From Candidatus Kaiserbacteria bacterium (GTDB lineage Bacteria > Patescibacteriota > Minisyncoccia > Phycocordibacterales > UBA2100), in NCBI GenBank assembly GCA_017134395.1, contig CP070993.1, positions 398,199 through 462,198 of the forward strand: 64,000 nucleotides of DNA, given 5' to 3'. Shown here one piece after another: positions 21,208 through 31,209 of the stretch (position 1 is the first letter of the stretch; each line of letters opens with the position of its first letter). The notes beneath the pieces are model-generated. The model made no database searches. It worked only from the letters and a program-made list of their open reading frames with translations, and was not told where the DNA came from. The translations under genes and the position numbers were made by a program.

Positions 21208-23574
21208 ATGATGGCAGTACGAACACGAAAGAAACCTATGGCTAAAAAGTCAAAGCCAAAAAGGGAAACGAAACGCGCGCGGCGTCGAAAGGAAGAAGAG
21301 TTTGAAGAAGAAGACTCACTGGGTCTTCCAATTCAATCTGAAACACTCAGAGGAGTGTGGGCAGTTTTTGCTATTGCAGCAGCTGTATTTTTTACTCTTG
21401 CATGGTTTGATGTTGCCGGTAAAGTCGGAACCACATTGTACATTTGGCTTTCTGCCTTCTTTGGGGTCGGCTATGTTCTTGTGCCGATTTCTTTTGCGAT
21501 GATAGCGGTAGTTTTGTTTCGTTCACTTGAACATGAACGTATCGGCACACTAAAAATTGTAGGGACCGGCATCTTCTTTCTTAGTGGTCTTGGGCTTGTG
21601 GAAACTTTGTTCCCGAGCCGTGGTGGCCTTATTGGACAACTTATTTCTGCACCACTTACGTACGCGGTGGATACTATTGCAACAATAGTTGTACTTCTTT
21701 CTTTAATTGTTATCTCACTACTCATTGCCTTCGATGCTCATCCGCAACATGCCTTCCCTACTATCTCTCGTTTGTGGAAACGCGAACGGGACGAAGAAGA
21801 GGAAGAGCAAGTGCTTGAAGATGAAGAAGAAGCGGTTATCGAATCTGGTACCGCTCGTGCAGAAGCTGAAGCAGAAGATGCAGACGAGGTCGAAGAGGAA
21901 CACGTTGAGGAGCCTAAAAAAAGTGGCGGCATATTTAACTTCGGAGGAACTGATGAACCGAACCCAGCTATATTTAACTTCGCAGCTGGAAGCAACGGAA
22001 CGTATTCTCCTCCTCCCCTTTCACTTCTACAGAAAGATAGAGGAAAGCCTTCAGTGGGCGATGTAAAAGCAAGTGCAAATACTATTAAACGAACACTCCA
22101 GAACTTTGGTATTAGTGTAGAAATGGATGAAGTGTCCATCGGTCCGACAGTAACACAATACGCAATGAAGCCAGCAGAAGGAGTGCGCCTCGCAAAAATC
22201 ATGAGCTTGCAGAGCAACTTAGAACTAGCGTTAGCTGCAACACCTATTCGTATCGAGGCACCAATTCCTGGAAAAGCACTGGTAGGTATTGAAGTACCAA
22301 ACACCACAAAGTCTACACTTGGTCTTGCCTCTATATTTAGTGACCACGAATTCCAAAATTCAGACAAACCACTTCTGATTGCACTTGGTCGTGATATTGC
22401 AGGAAAGCCGCACTACACGAACATTGCAAAGATGCCCCACCTTCTTATTGCTGGAGCAACAGGTGCTGGTAAGTCTGTAACGGTGCACGATATTATTGTG
22501 TCTCTTCTCTACCGAAGAGGTCCACAGGAATTACGTTTTGTTATGGTAGACCCTAAGCGAGTAGAGCTTACGATGTACAACGAGATTCCTCACCTTCTTA
22601 CCCCGGTTATTACCGATCCAAAAAAGGCCATTCTTGCGCTTAAGTGGCTCGCGAAAGAGATGGATAGACGGTACGATATTCTTGAAACTGAGAAAGTACG
22701 AGACATTGCTTCGTACCACAAAAACATCTTTGAGCCTGCGCAGAAGAAAAAGAAAGACGATGATTCTGAAATGCCAGAACCAATGCCATATATTGTTGCT
22801 ATTGTTGATGAAATGGCAGACCTTATGACTTCGTACCCACGTGAACTCGAAGCATCTATTGTACGCCTTGCCCAAATGAGTCGTGCGGTAGGTATTCACC
22901 TTATCCTTTCAACACAACGTCCAAGTGTGCAGGTTATTACCGGACTCATTAAGGCAAACATCCCTTCACGAATTGCTCTGCAGGTATCTTCACAAATTGA
23001 TTCGCGAACGATTCTCGACATGGGAGGTGCTGAAAAACTTCTTGGTGCTGGTGATATGCTCTATCTTTCAGGGGAAATGAGTAAACCCCACCGTATTCAA
23101 GCGCCGTATGTATCTGAAGAAGAAGTAAAGAGCATAGTGAAATACCTTAAAGACTCTCATGAAGACGAGCTTCCTGATAAAATCGACCTCACTGAGGTAA
23201 TGCACGATAACAGTGTCTTCTCTGCAAGTGTGGGAAGTGACGATGACGATGACGACGACCTCTACGAAGAAGCGAAGCGCGTTATTATTGAAGCAGGAAA
23301 AGGCTCAACATCATTCTTACAAAGAAAGCTACGTGTCGGATACGCTCGTGCAGCACGCCTTATGGACATGCTAGAAGAACGAGGTGTTGTGGGCCCAGCT
23401 GAAGGATCGAAAGCTCGTGAAGTAATCGACCAAAGTGCAGAAACTATGCCTGAGACAGAAGAATTAGAAGATGAAACGGGAGAAGTTGAAGAAGTATACG
23501 GAGAGAGCGATGAGGAAGACACCGAAACTGAGTACGATGAAGAAGAATTAGAAGATGAAGAAAAAACTCGCTAA
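21208..23574 (+). CDS. ftsK: DNA translocase FtsK/SpoIIIE
   Basis: N-terminal TM region; motor domain with LLIAGATGAGKSVTVHDIIVSL (Walker A) and FVMVDPKRVELT; C-terminal gamma wHTH (LYEEAKRVIIEAGKGSTSFLQRKLRVGYARAARLMDMLE) followed by an acidic tail. Confidence 0.9.
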   Translation: MMAVRTRKKPMAKKSKPKRETKRARRRKEEEFEEEDSLGLPIQSETLRGVWAVFAIAAAVFFTLAWFDVAGKVGTTLYIWLSAFFGVGYVLVPISFAMIAVVLFRSLEHERIGTLKIVGTGIFFLSGLGLVETLFPSRGGLIGQLISAPLTYAVDTIATIVVLLSLIVISLLIAFDAHPQHAFPTISRLWKRERDEEEEEQVLEDEEEAVIESGTARAEAEAEDADEVEEEHVEEPKKSGGIFNFGGTDEPNPAIFNFAAGSNGTYSPPPLSLLQKDRGKPSVGDVKASANTIKRTLQNFGISVEMDEVSIGPTVTQYAMKPAEGVRLAKIMSLQSNLELALAATPIRIEAPIPGKALVGIEVPNTTKSTLGLASIFSDHEFQNSDKPLLIALGRDIAGKPHYTNIAKMPHLLIAGATGAGKSVTVHDIIVSLLYRRGPQELRFVMVDPKRVELTMYNEIPHLLTPVITDPKKAILALKWLAKEMDRRYDILETEKVRDIASYHKNIFEPAQKKKKDDDSEMPEPMPYIVAIVDEMADLMTSYPRELEASIVRLAQMSRAVGIHLILSTQRPSVQVITGLIKANIPSRIALQVSSQIDSRTILDMGGAEKLLGAGDMLYLSGEMSKPHRIQAPYVSEEEVKSIVKYLKDSHEDELPDKIDLTEVMHDNSVFSASVGSDDDDDDDLYEEAKRVIIEAGKGSTSFLQRKLRVGYARAARLMDMLEERGVVGPAEGSKAREVIDQSAETMPETEELEDETGEVEEVYGESDEEDTETEYDEEELEDEEKTR

Positions 23575-23579
23575 CATCT

Positions 23580-23987
23580 ATGCTTCCCCACCACTCAAAA
23601 CTTACTAAGTACCTCTTTGCAGCATTTGTGGTTGTATTACTTTTTTATGCGTACTTTGAGGCGCGTAATATCCTCTACGGTCCACAGATTGTATTGCAAG
23701 ACGGAGAAGCAATCACTGTGCACGATGAGCTCATAGAAATAAGTGGGACCGTAAAAAACGTAGTAGAGATTACCTTAAGTGGGCGCCCAGTATTTATAGA
23801 CGACACAGGACTCTTTACTGAAAAACTTCTTCTCGCGGAAGGATTAAACCGTTTTGTTTTTGAAGCACGAGATAAATTTGACCACAAAACCCAAGAAGTA
23901 CTTGAAGTTGTATATCAAATCCCTACCGCAGATACCAACGAGCACGAGCAGGAAGAAACTGATACTATAAAAGAATCATTAGAATAA
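23580..23987 (+). CDS. Hypothetical membrane-anchored protein
   Basis: 135 aa with an N-terminal TM helix and no recognisable family. Confidence 0.45.
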   Translation: MLPHHSKLTKYLFAAFVVVLLFYAYFEARNILYGPQIVLQDGEAITVHDELIEISGTVKNVVEITLSGRPVFIDDTGLFTEKLLLAEGLNRFVFEARDKFDHKTQEVLEVVYQIPTADTNEHEQEETDTIKESLE

Positions 23988-23997
23988 TTGTGTATAT

Positions 23998-25092
23998 ATG
24001 AGTGCAGCAAAGAAGAAAGTAGCGAAGAAAGTGAAAAAAGTTTCGACAGCAAGCGAAACGAAAAAGAAGGACAAGACTGTAGAAAAAGCAGCAGCTCCTG
24101 CAGAGAAGAAGAGCAATACAAAGGTAGATGCAGCTATCGCAGATATAAAGAGTAAGTTCGGTGACGAAGCCATCATGATGCTGGGAGAACACGCAAAAGT
24201 TGATGTGGACGTTATTCCAACTGGTTCTATTGGTATCGACTGGGCACTTGGCATTGGAGGGCTTCCACGCGGACGTATTATTGAGGTATACGGACCAGAG
24301 TCTTCCGGTAAGACTACCCTCTCTCTACACGCTATAGCTGAGGCTCAGAAGCTAGGTGGTGTATGTGCCTTCGTAGATGCTGAGCATGCTCTTGACCCAG
24401 TGTACGCAAAAAAGCTCGGTGTAAAAACCCAAGACCTCCTTATTGCACAACCAGACACAGGAGAACAGGCACTTGAGATTGTAGAAAGCTTGGTTCGCTC
24501 AGGAAATATCGATATTATCGTTGTTGACTCTGTTGCAGCCCTTACGCCAAAAGATGAGATCGAGGGAGATATGGGTGCACACCAAATGGGAAAACAAGCT
24601 CGCCTTATGTCGCAAGCAATGCGTAAACTGACTGCTATTTCTGCAAAAAGTAAGACGGTGATTATTTTCATCAACCAAGTTCGCATGAAAATAGGAATGG
24701 TCTTTGGTAATCCAGAAACAACAACTGGTGGTAAGGCTCTAAAATTCTATAGTTCTGTACGAATTGATATCCGACGTATTGCACAGATTAAAAAAGGTAC
24801 TGAAATCATGGGAGGACGCCACCGTGTGAAGATTGTGAAGAACAAGGTTGCTGCACCATTCCGCACTGCTGAATTTGACCTCCTCTACAATGAAGGTATC
24901 TCGCGTGAAGGTGAGCTTTTAGCGCTTGGAGAGAAAATGGGGGTTATCGAAAAATCGGGAGCATCATACAAGTTTGATGACATTGCACTGGGTCGTGGGT
25001 ATGATGCCGCACGTACCTATTTGCATGAAAATAAGAAAGTGGCGAGTGCTGTTCTTAAAGAAATTAAGGGCAAACTCAAAGACGCTGTCTAA
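23998..25092 (+). CDS. recA: Recombinase RecA with a Lys-rich N-terminal extension
   Basis: [58 protein letters not shown] are canonical RecA motifs. They are preceded by about 40 aa of K-rich sequence ([26 protein letters not shown]...). Confidence 0.95.
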   Translation: MSAAKKKVAKKVKKVSTASETKKKDKTVEKAAAPAEKKSNTKVDAAIADIKSKFGDEAIMMLGEHAKVDVDVIPTGSIGIDWALGIGGLPRGRIIEVYGPESSGKTTLSLHAIAEAQKLGGVCAFVDAEHALDPVYAKKLGVKTQDLLIAQPDTGEQALEIVESLVRSGNIDIIVVDSVAALTPKDEIEGDMGAHQMGKQARLMSQAMRKLTAISAKSKTVIIFINQVRMKIGMVFGNPETTTGGKALKFYSSVRIDIRRIAQIKKGTEIMGGRHRVKIVKNKVAAPFRTAEFDLLYNEGISREGELLALGEKMGVIEKSGASYKFDDIALGRGYDAARTYLHENKKVASAVLKEIKGKLKDAV

Positions 25093-25186
25093 ATAAATGC
25101 ACACGTAAGCCTTTTTAAACGCCTCAATTAATTGAGGCGTTTAAAATTTTACTTATTACTCCCAAAACCGTATAATCCCTCACAAT

Positions 25187-25750
25187 ATGCTTTCATATAC
25201 AGAAGTAAAACCAGGAGTGCTTATTATTTTAGATGGTGATCCGTTTGAAGTTATGGCAACCAGCGGTGTCGTTAAGAAACAGCGACAAAAGCCTCACAAC
25301 ACTGCAAAAATGAAGAACTTACGCAGTGGTTCTACAGTTGAAAAAACCTATACTCAGGCAGATAAAATAATTGAAGCAGATATTTCGATTCGGGAGATAC
25401 AGTTTATCTACGAGAACCGCGGAGAGATTATGTTCGCTGATCCAAACAATCCAAAAGATCGCTTTTCTCTTCCTGAGGAGCTCATTGGAGAAAAACTAAA
25501 CTACATACGTGAAAAAGACATCGTAGAGGCTAAAGTATTTGAAGATGACATTATTGGTCTTCGTGTTCCTATTAAAGTTGAACTGGAAGTAATCGAGGCA
25601 CCACCTAACATACGAGGAAATACCTCGGCTGGCGGAAACAAAGTGGTGACACTAGAAACTGGCCTTAACGTTACTACCCCACTCTTTATAGAAGCTGGTG
25701 ACACTATTCGCGTAAATACGGAGACTGGAGAATACGTTGAACGAGTCTAG
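25187..25750 (+). CDS. efp: Elongation factor P
   Basis: 187 aa with the EF-P three-domain pattern (GVLIILDGDPFEV...; NVTTPLFIEAGDTIRVNTETGEYVERV). Confidence 0.9.
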   Translation: MLSYTEVKPGVLIILDGDPFEVMATSGVVKKQRQKPHNTAKMKNLRSGSTVEKTYTQADKIIEADISIREIQFIYENRGEIMFADPNNPKDRFSLPEELIGEKLNYIREKDIVEAKVFEDDIIGLRVPIKVELEVIEAPPNIRGNTSAGGNKVVTLETGLNVTTPLFIEAGDTIRVNTETGEYVERV

Positions 25751-25760
25751 GACCTTCCTT

Positions 25761-25787
25761 AACTTAGGACATCCGATGTCCTAAGTT
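25761..25787. repeat. 27-nt perfect palindrome with core GGACATCCGATGTCC (copy 1 of 2)
   Basis: aacttaggacatccgatgtcctaagtt, 11 nt after the efp stop; the 15-nt core is identical to 47602-47616. Confidence 0.6.
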
Positions 25788-25806
25788 CAGAGATGTGTAT
25801 AGGTAA

Positions 25807-25856
25807 AGAACGAATAAACCGCCAAAGTGCTGTGCACTTTGGCGGTTTATTCGTTC
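25807..25856. terminator. Bidirectional terminator with a 22-bp perfect stem between convergent efp and rpsR
   Basis: gaacgaataaaccgccaaagtgc-tgt-gcactttggcggtttattcgttc. Confidence 0.7.
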
Positions 25857-25879
25857 GTATAGGTTTTTTCTTCTTAGAT

Positions 25880-26092
25880 TTACTTAATGATGTAGGGTAG
25901 AAGCCCCATTTCACGTGCCCGCTTTATAGCAGTTGTGACGTCACGCTGATGCTTTGCAGTAAGGTTTGTCTGTGCACGTGACTTAATGCGCCCGTGTGGG
26001 TTTAGGAATTGCTTTAGTACGTCGGCGTCTTTATAGTCGATATACTTTATTCCGTTTTGTGAAAAATAATCTGCTGTCATAAGCTCGTGCAT
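25880..26092 (-). CDS. rpsR: 30S ribosomal protein S18
   Basis: IDYKDADVLKQFLNPHGRIKSRAQTNLTAKHQRDVTTAIKRAREMGLLPY matches the S18 consensus. Confidence 0.9.
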   Translation of the reverse strand: MHELMTADYFSQNGIKYIDYKDADVLKQFLNPHGRIKSRAQTNLTAKHQRDVTTAIKRAREMGLLPYIIK

Positions 26093-26189
26093 AATACACT
26101 TTTACTGGGCGTTTTCAAGGGGTTTTGACTTTTTTAAATGATAGCTCAATACATCTAATTTTGCAGTTTTAGATGCAATTCAAGGCGTG

Positions 26190-26235
26190 TAAACAAAAAC
26201 GTCCGAGCCGTATGGAAATACGGTGAGGACGTTTT
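26190..26235 (-). terminator. Hairpin terminator after ssb
   Basis: aaaaacgtcc...ggacgttttt, a 10-bp outer stem with an internal hairpin. Confidence 0.45.
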
Positions 26236-26361
26236 TGTGCAACACAACGCTGAAGTGCGCTGCATAAGTTCTTGGTCGCTCGTACTAAATCGCTTCGCTC
26301 CTAAGTACGCCGACATAAGTTCAGGATTGGCGCTTTGCCTTACAAAGCTCTGTCCTTCACC

Positions 26362-26826
26362 TTAAAAGGGGATGTCGTCTGGGTCGATGTCTTCCTCCGG
26401 ATACTCAATACCCCCACCTGCAGCTGGCGCTGTTGGTTCTGCCTTTTCGTCACCCTTGGCTGTATTTGCATTCGTAGGTGCTCCTGCAGTTCCTGGAGCG
26501 CCTCCTCGTGGACCAAACTGTACACGGTCGGCTACAACCTCTGTACGATACTTCTTTACACCGTCCTGTTCCCAACTGCGAGTTTGCATGCGCCCTTCGA
26601 CAAACGCAGAGTTTCCTTTTTTTAGATATTGCGCGACAAGCTCTGCTTGGCGTCCAAATACCACGATGTTGTGATAATCAGCTTGCTCCTTCTTGTTTCC
26701 CTCTTTGTCTTTGTACACGCGATTTGTGGCAATACTGAATGTCCCTACTTGTATTCCACTTGGAAGTGCCTTTAATTCAGGATCTCGGGTTAAATTCCCG
26801 TATACCATTGCTTTGTTTATATACAT
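26362..26826 (-). CDS. ssb: Single-stranded DNA-binding protein
   Basis: OB-fold N-terminus (GNLTRDPELKALPSG...), a Gly/Pro-rich linker, and an acidic C-terminal tail ending DDIPF. Confidence 0.9.
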   Translation of the reverse strand: MYINKAMVYGNLTRDPELKALPSGIQVGTFSIATNRVYKDKEGNKKEQADYHNIVVFGRQAELVAQYLKKGNSAFVEGRMQTRSWEQDGVKKYRTEVVADRVQFGPRGGAPGTAGAPTNANTAKGDEKAEPTAPAAGGGIEYPEEDIDPDDIPF

Positions 26827-26890
26827 ACGTTATTGCTAGTTAGTTGCTCTGTATTGTATCAAAAAATGCGCCATCTGGCGCATTTGTAAT

Positions 26891-27427
26891 TTATACTGTA
26901 GCTTCTTCTTTTTTCTCTTCTTTTTCGTCTCCAACAAGTTCTTCAATCGCTTCTTCAACTTGCTCTTCTGAAACTTCTCCACCCTCTTCTTCAGCTACCT
27001 TATGTTCGATAGTTCCAGTTGTCTTCACTTCTCGCAAAATAGTGTTTTGCTCCGTCTGAAGTTGAGCGCGTGTCTCTTCGCGTGTTGTTTTTATCAAAAT
27101 GTAGCGAAGCACTTGAGCATTTATCTTCATGTCTTCCTCTTCTAGCTCAACTGCTTTTGCTGGATCCATTTCGAACTTAATCCATCCAAAGTATGCAGTT
27201 TCATACCGTGTTTTCTTACCACCGTTGTTGATGAACATTGGAAATGAAAGAGTTGTCATTTCAGGCGTTCCTTCAGTGATAAACGAACCACCACGTGCTT
27301 CAATTGCACTTCGGATCTTCGCAACTTCCCCTTCGAGGTCGTCAGCTACTACCGTAGGTAGGATGTGATATCCAAGTTCATACACTTGTACGTCTGTGGC
27401 TTCGTTGTTGTTTTCTTCTGTCATAGT
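26891..27427 (-). CDS. rpsF: 30S ribosomal protein S6 with an acidic C-terminal extension
   Basis: The start was trimmed to MTEENNNEATDVQVYELGYHILP. The protein is S6-like, sits in the rpsF-ssb-rpsR arrangement, and has a Glu/Lys-rich tail. Confidence 0.7.
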   Translation of the reverse strand, partial: TMTEENNNEATDVQVYELGYHILPTVVADDLEGEVAKIRSAIEARGGSFITEGTPEMTTLSFPMFINNGGKKTRYETAYFGWIKFEMDPAKAVELEEEDMKINAQVLRYILIKTTREETRAQLQTEQNTILREVKTTGTIEHKVAEEEGGEVSEEQVEEAIEELVGDEKEEKKEEATV

Positions 27428-27464
27428 GCGGTGAGAATAACACAGGCAGTAGCACTGAGCAAGG

Positions 27465-28259
27465 CTATTTACCAGCCAAAAAGAGGGTTTGGGTATTCTT
27501 GTATAGCTGCTCACTTACCTTCTCGAAATCTTCTCCTCGTATATCTGCTATAGCCCGTATAGTGTCAATAACAAACACTGGCTCGTTACGTTTGCCCCTG
27601 TGGGGAACCGGTGCAGCGTAGGGTGAATCGGTCTCCACAAGCATCATATCAAGCGGCACATCTCTAACTACTTCTTCGAGCTCAGATGCAAACGTAACGA
27701 CTCCTGGAAACGATATATAGAAACCAAGTTCAAGATATTCTCGCGCAATCTCCTTTGTAGAGGTAAAAAAGTGACTACATCCACGGACACTGTCGCCAGA
27801 CGCACCTTGATGCAAAGAAAGTATTTCAAGCACATCTTTATGTGCATCAGTGGTACCTTCTGTTGGTCGAACATGCAGCATGAGCGGTAAATCGTTCTCT
27901 GCAGCGAACACAACTTGTGCTTCAAATACCTCACGTTGTCTAATGTACACATCATCCTGAGGGGTTCTGTAATAATCGAGTCCACACTCCCCTATACCGA
28001 CAACTTTATCGTTAAGAATAGATTCATATTCTTTTGCATTAAACGATTCGTTTGTGTCTGTAGGGTGCACACCAATAACCGCACCAAGAATGTTTTCATG
28101 ACTTTCCTCCAGTGCAACGGCTTGTTTGCTAGTTTCGAGTGATACCCCTACTGCAAATGTCCCAACTTCGTTTTCAGCCATTCGCTTTAGAACTTCCTCC
28201 CTATCTTCATTAAATTTCTTCTCGAACAGATGCGAATGTGTGTCAATATACTTAATCAT
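27465..28259 (-). CDS. tatD: TatD-family metal-dependent DNase/hydrolase
   Basis: MIKYIDTHSHL..., GECGLDYY, and LVETDSPY motifs. Confidence 0.85.
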   Translation of the reverse strand: MIKYIDTHSHLFEKKFNEDREEVLKRMAENEVGTFAVGVSLETSKQAVALEESHENILGAVIGVHPTDTNESFNAKEYESILNDKVVGIGECGLDYYRTPQDDVYIRQREVFEAQVVFAAENDLPLMLHVRPTEGTTDAHKDVLEILSLHQGASGDSVRGCSHFFTSTKEIAREYLELGFYISFPGVVTFASELEEVVRDVPLDMMLVETDSPYAAPVPHRGKRNEPVFVIDTIRAIADIRGEDFEKVSEQLYKNTQTLFLAGK

Positions 28260-28678
28260 AGTATGTACTCTATCACGTACACAGTTAGTATCGAATCCTC
28301 ATGTACCTCTTCATTCGGGTACTTTGAACTCAACCATTCAACTAACGCCTCATGACTCCCAATTTCCTTATACGCTGCATGCAACTCTTCTAATGTTACT
28401 TCTTTTAGTTTCCTAGCTTCTCGCGAAATAATACGAACCGGAATACGTGATTCTATAAAAACGGGTGGCTTTTGAATATCATGACTTCCATATTCTTTTA
28501 TAAAACCAATGAATCCTTTTTGATTATTCGGTGGCCAAAATCTTGGGTTAGATATCGACGTACGATCACCAATCCTAAAGAAAACCTGAGGTTTCTTATC
28601 AAGAACTTCCTCATAATACTTTCGATCTTCCCCCAGCGTTTGTAGATCTAACTCAGAAAGGTACGTCGTATCTATCAT
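28256..28678 (-). CDS. Hypothetical protein between metG and tatD
   Basis: 140-aa ORF with no family recognised; its start and stop overlap the neighbouring genes, consistent with an operon. Confidence 0.45.
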   Translation of the reverse strand: MIDTTYLSELDLQTLGEDRKYYEEVLDKKPQVFFRIGDRTSISNPRFWPPNNQKGFIGFIKEYGSHDIQKPPVFIESRIPVRIISREARKLKEVTLEELHAAYKEIGSHEALVEWLSSKYPNEEVHEDSILTVYVIEYIL

Positions 28679-30126
28679 TCTACTTGTTGTAATCTCCCAA
28701 AGAGATTTTCTGGCTTTTTATTCTCCAATACTGCCTCCTTAATTATTCTATTCGTCTCAGGCATAAAGGGGTTCAGTAATCTTCCAATTGCATATAACTC
28801 TAGAGTTAATTCTTGAATTAACTCCTTCCCTGCTTCAACATCAACTTTTACGAGTTTAAATGGTTCTGTTGTCGTTATTTTTTCGTCCAGTTCACCTATC
28901 TGCTTCCACACATAATCAAGCGCTTGATCCATTCTAAAGTTCTCGATTGTCTCAGTATATTCTTTAGAAAATCCAACTACCTCAGGGCGCTCAACTGCAA
29001 CGTCTAAATGAGTTTCTGCTAACTTCATAATACGTGCAGTGAGGTTTCCTATACCATTAACCAAATCAGCTGTGTACCATTCATCAAGACGCTCCCACGT
29101 AACATCTGAATCATCAACAGGGTGCACATGCCGGAGCAGCATAAAACGCGTTGCGTCAGTTCCATATTTCTCTACAAGCTCAAAAGGATTGATTACATTT
29201 CCTAGTGATTTACTCATCTTTTGGCCCCCGCTGGTAATAAATCCATGATAAAAGATAGTATCGGTTGTCGGAAGCCCAGCTGAGAGTAGCATCGCCTGCC
29301 ATATAATACTTTGAAATCGAATCTGGTCCTTTCCAGCAACTTGCGTTGTTTGACCATCTTCCCAAAACTTCTTGTAATTTCCTTTCTCATCATGTGGCCA
29401 ACCCAGTGTCGAAATATAATTAGACAGAGCGTCAAACCATACATACATTACCTGTGACTCATCTCCGGGAGTCGGTATTCCCCAATTCATACGCGACACA
29501 TCACGAGAAATACTCAAATCCTCAAGACCGTTTTTAACAAAGGCAATCGCTTCTTCACGTCGCCATTGCGGCAGTATTGATTCTGGAGCATTAAGATACT
29601 CAATAAGAGCGTCTTCATACTTATGTAATGCAAAGAAATAATTTTCTTCTTCGATTTCTTGTGGCTCCATACTTGGGTGCGCAGGACACTTACCATCAAC
29701 AAGATCCGCATCCCGTAAGAACATTTCGTCACCAACGCAGTACAACCCTTTGTATGATTTTTTATATATGTCTCCCGCTGCTTCACAACGCTTCCATAGT
29801 TCAACTGCTGCAGCTTTATGCGCATCACTCGTTGTTCGTATAAAAGAATCGTTTGAGAGAGCCAAAGCGTCTTTTAATTTATTGAATTCGGCAGCAAAAT
29901 GGTCGACATACTCTTGAGTATCACGCCCTGCTTCTTGTGCCTTTTGGGCTATTTTTTGCCCGTGTTCATCGGTACCAGTACTAAAAAAAACTTCTTCCTC
30001 CATAAGTCGCCAAAATCGCGCCAACGTGTCAGCTTGTACAACCTCAAGCGCAAACCCTATATGTGGGTCTGCATTTACATACGGGAGTGTTGTTGTTATG
30101 TAGCGGGGTTTACTAGCCATTTTCAT
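28675..30126 (-). CDS. metG: Methionyl-tRNA synthetase (core enzyme, without a C-terminal tRNA-binding domain)
   Basis: The start was trimmed to MKMASKPRYITTTLPYVNADPHIGF (HIGH-like motif), with a KMSKSLGNVINP motif. The ORF-track N-terminus would overlap the upstream gene. Confidence 0.9.
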   Translation of the reverse strand: MKMASKPRYITTTLPYVNADPHIGFALEVVQADTLARFWRLMEEEVFFSTGTDEHGQKIAQKAQEAGRDTQEYVDHFAAEFNKLKDALALSNDSFIRTTSDAHKAAAVELWKRCEAAGDIYKKSYKGLYCVGDEMFLRDADLVDGKCPAHPSMEPQEIEEENYFFALHKYEDALIEYLNAPESILPQWRREEAIAFVKNGLEDLSISRDVSRMNWGIPTPGDESQVMYVWFDALSNYISTLGWPHDEKGNYKKFWEDGQTTQVAGKDQIRFQSIIWQAMLLSAGLPTTDTIFYHGFITSGGQKMSKSLGNVINPFELVEKYGTDATRFMLLRHVHPVDDSDVTWERLDEWYTADLVNGIGNLTARIMKLAETHLDVAVERPEVVGFSKEYTETIENFRMDQALDYVWKQIGELDEKITTTEPFKLVKVDVEAGKELIQELTLELYAIGRLLNPFMPETNRIIKEAVLENKKPENLFGRLQQVE

Positions 30127-31168
30127 GTTCAGGAATATGCCGAGCCTTTTCCAGATCGTTAAATACCTCCTGTACTCCTGCAACAATAGGTACAGCAAGC
30201 AAGATGCCGAGTATACCTGCCAGCTTCGCTCCAATCAACAACGCGAGAATAACGAGAATTGGCGGTACACCAACAACTTTTGTAACCACCAGAGGATAGA
30301 TGAGATGATTTTCAAACTGCTGAATAATCAAAAAGAGTGCCACTACTACCAACGCTATAGCTGGCCCGCCGTTTACAAACGCAATAGCAACAGCAGGAAT
30401 AGCCGCTAGAATTGGACCAAATACTGGGATAAGTTCCATAATTCCTGCAATTACTGCCAATACAAGAGCGTACTGAATGCCTAAAATTGAAAGACCTAAA
30501 TAGGTCAAGACCCCAATGAGCACCGCAAGCAAAAACTGCCCTTGCATCCATAATCCTATTTTACGCTGTGTACGACGCCATAATCCCAACACATAGTTTT
30601 CGTGCTTGATAGGTGTCATCACCCGAAGGAACTCTTCAATTCCTTTCTCGTTAATTGCAAAATAAAATGAAAAGACAACGATGAGGAGGAAGCTTATTGC
30701 CCCACCGAATATCACACTGATAGCGGCAAGAAAGTTCCCCGAAGAAAGTCCGGAAAGGAGTGTATTGAGATCTCGTGTTGTATCGGCAAGTGAGAAATTG
30801 TTTATAAGGGAACGTGTTTCTAGTATTGCATCACCTTTTATGGCTTCTGCGGCGCCAATAGTCTCAAGGTAGGTAGGAAGTGAGGCTAGCAAAAGTGATG
30901 TTTCGTCGAGAACCGGAGGTAGTAAAAAGAATACGATACCGAAAAAAGTACCAAAAAACATGGCGTATACTACTAATACCGCTAACACACGGGGTACTTT
31001 GTACTTCATTAATCCCCGGGCCGCTGGCTCAATAGCTGACGCGATAACAATTGACGTAAGTACAATGAGCGCTAGCTCACGAAGTTGCCACAACAAAGTT
31101 GCTGCTGCCAAAACAAGCACAACCCGAATAATGGTCCCTGTAGTTATAGAGAAAGTAGCTCCATTCAT
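30113..31168 (-). CDS. AI-2E family transporter (PerM/UPF0118)
   Basis: 351 aa with 8 TM helices and the typical AI-2E layout (MELIPVFGPILAAIPAVAIAF...). Confidence 0.8.
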   Translation of the reverse strand: MNGATFSITTGTIIRVVLVLAAATLLWQLRELALIVLTSIVIASAIEPAARGLMKYKVPRVLAVLVVYAMFFGTFFGIVFFLLPPVLDETSLLLASLPTYLETIGAAEAIKGDAILETRSLINNFSLADTTRDLNTLLSGLSSGNFLAAISVIFGGAISFLLIVVFSFYFAINEKGIEEFLRVMTPIKHENYVLGLWRRTQRKIGLWMQGQFLLAVLIGVLTYLGLSILGIQYALVLAVIAGIMELIPVFGPILAAIPAVAIAFVNGGPAIALVVVALFLIIQQFENHLIYPLVVTKVVGVPPILVILALLIGAKLAGILGILLAVPIVAGVQEVFNDLEKARHIPEHENG

Positions 31169-31209
31169 GCTACAAGAATAGCACGCGTTACCAAATTTGG
31201 CGAAACGCT

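Noticed and set aside
21738-22367. 209-aa minus-strand ORF inside ftsK, and other short antisense ORFs within rplJ, tatD, metG and ileS
   Set aside because: Antisense overlaps of well-supported conserved genes with no independent signals.
28675-30234. Extended N-termini in the ORF track for metG, rplJ (to 11291), rpsF (to 27514), rplS (to 53160), the ABC-F gene (to 15804), ileS (to 38108) and the 49780-50598 ORF
   Set aside because: The extensions overlap upstream genes or terminators and replace canonical N-termini. Internal Met codons give proteins that start with the family-typical sequences.
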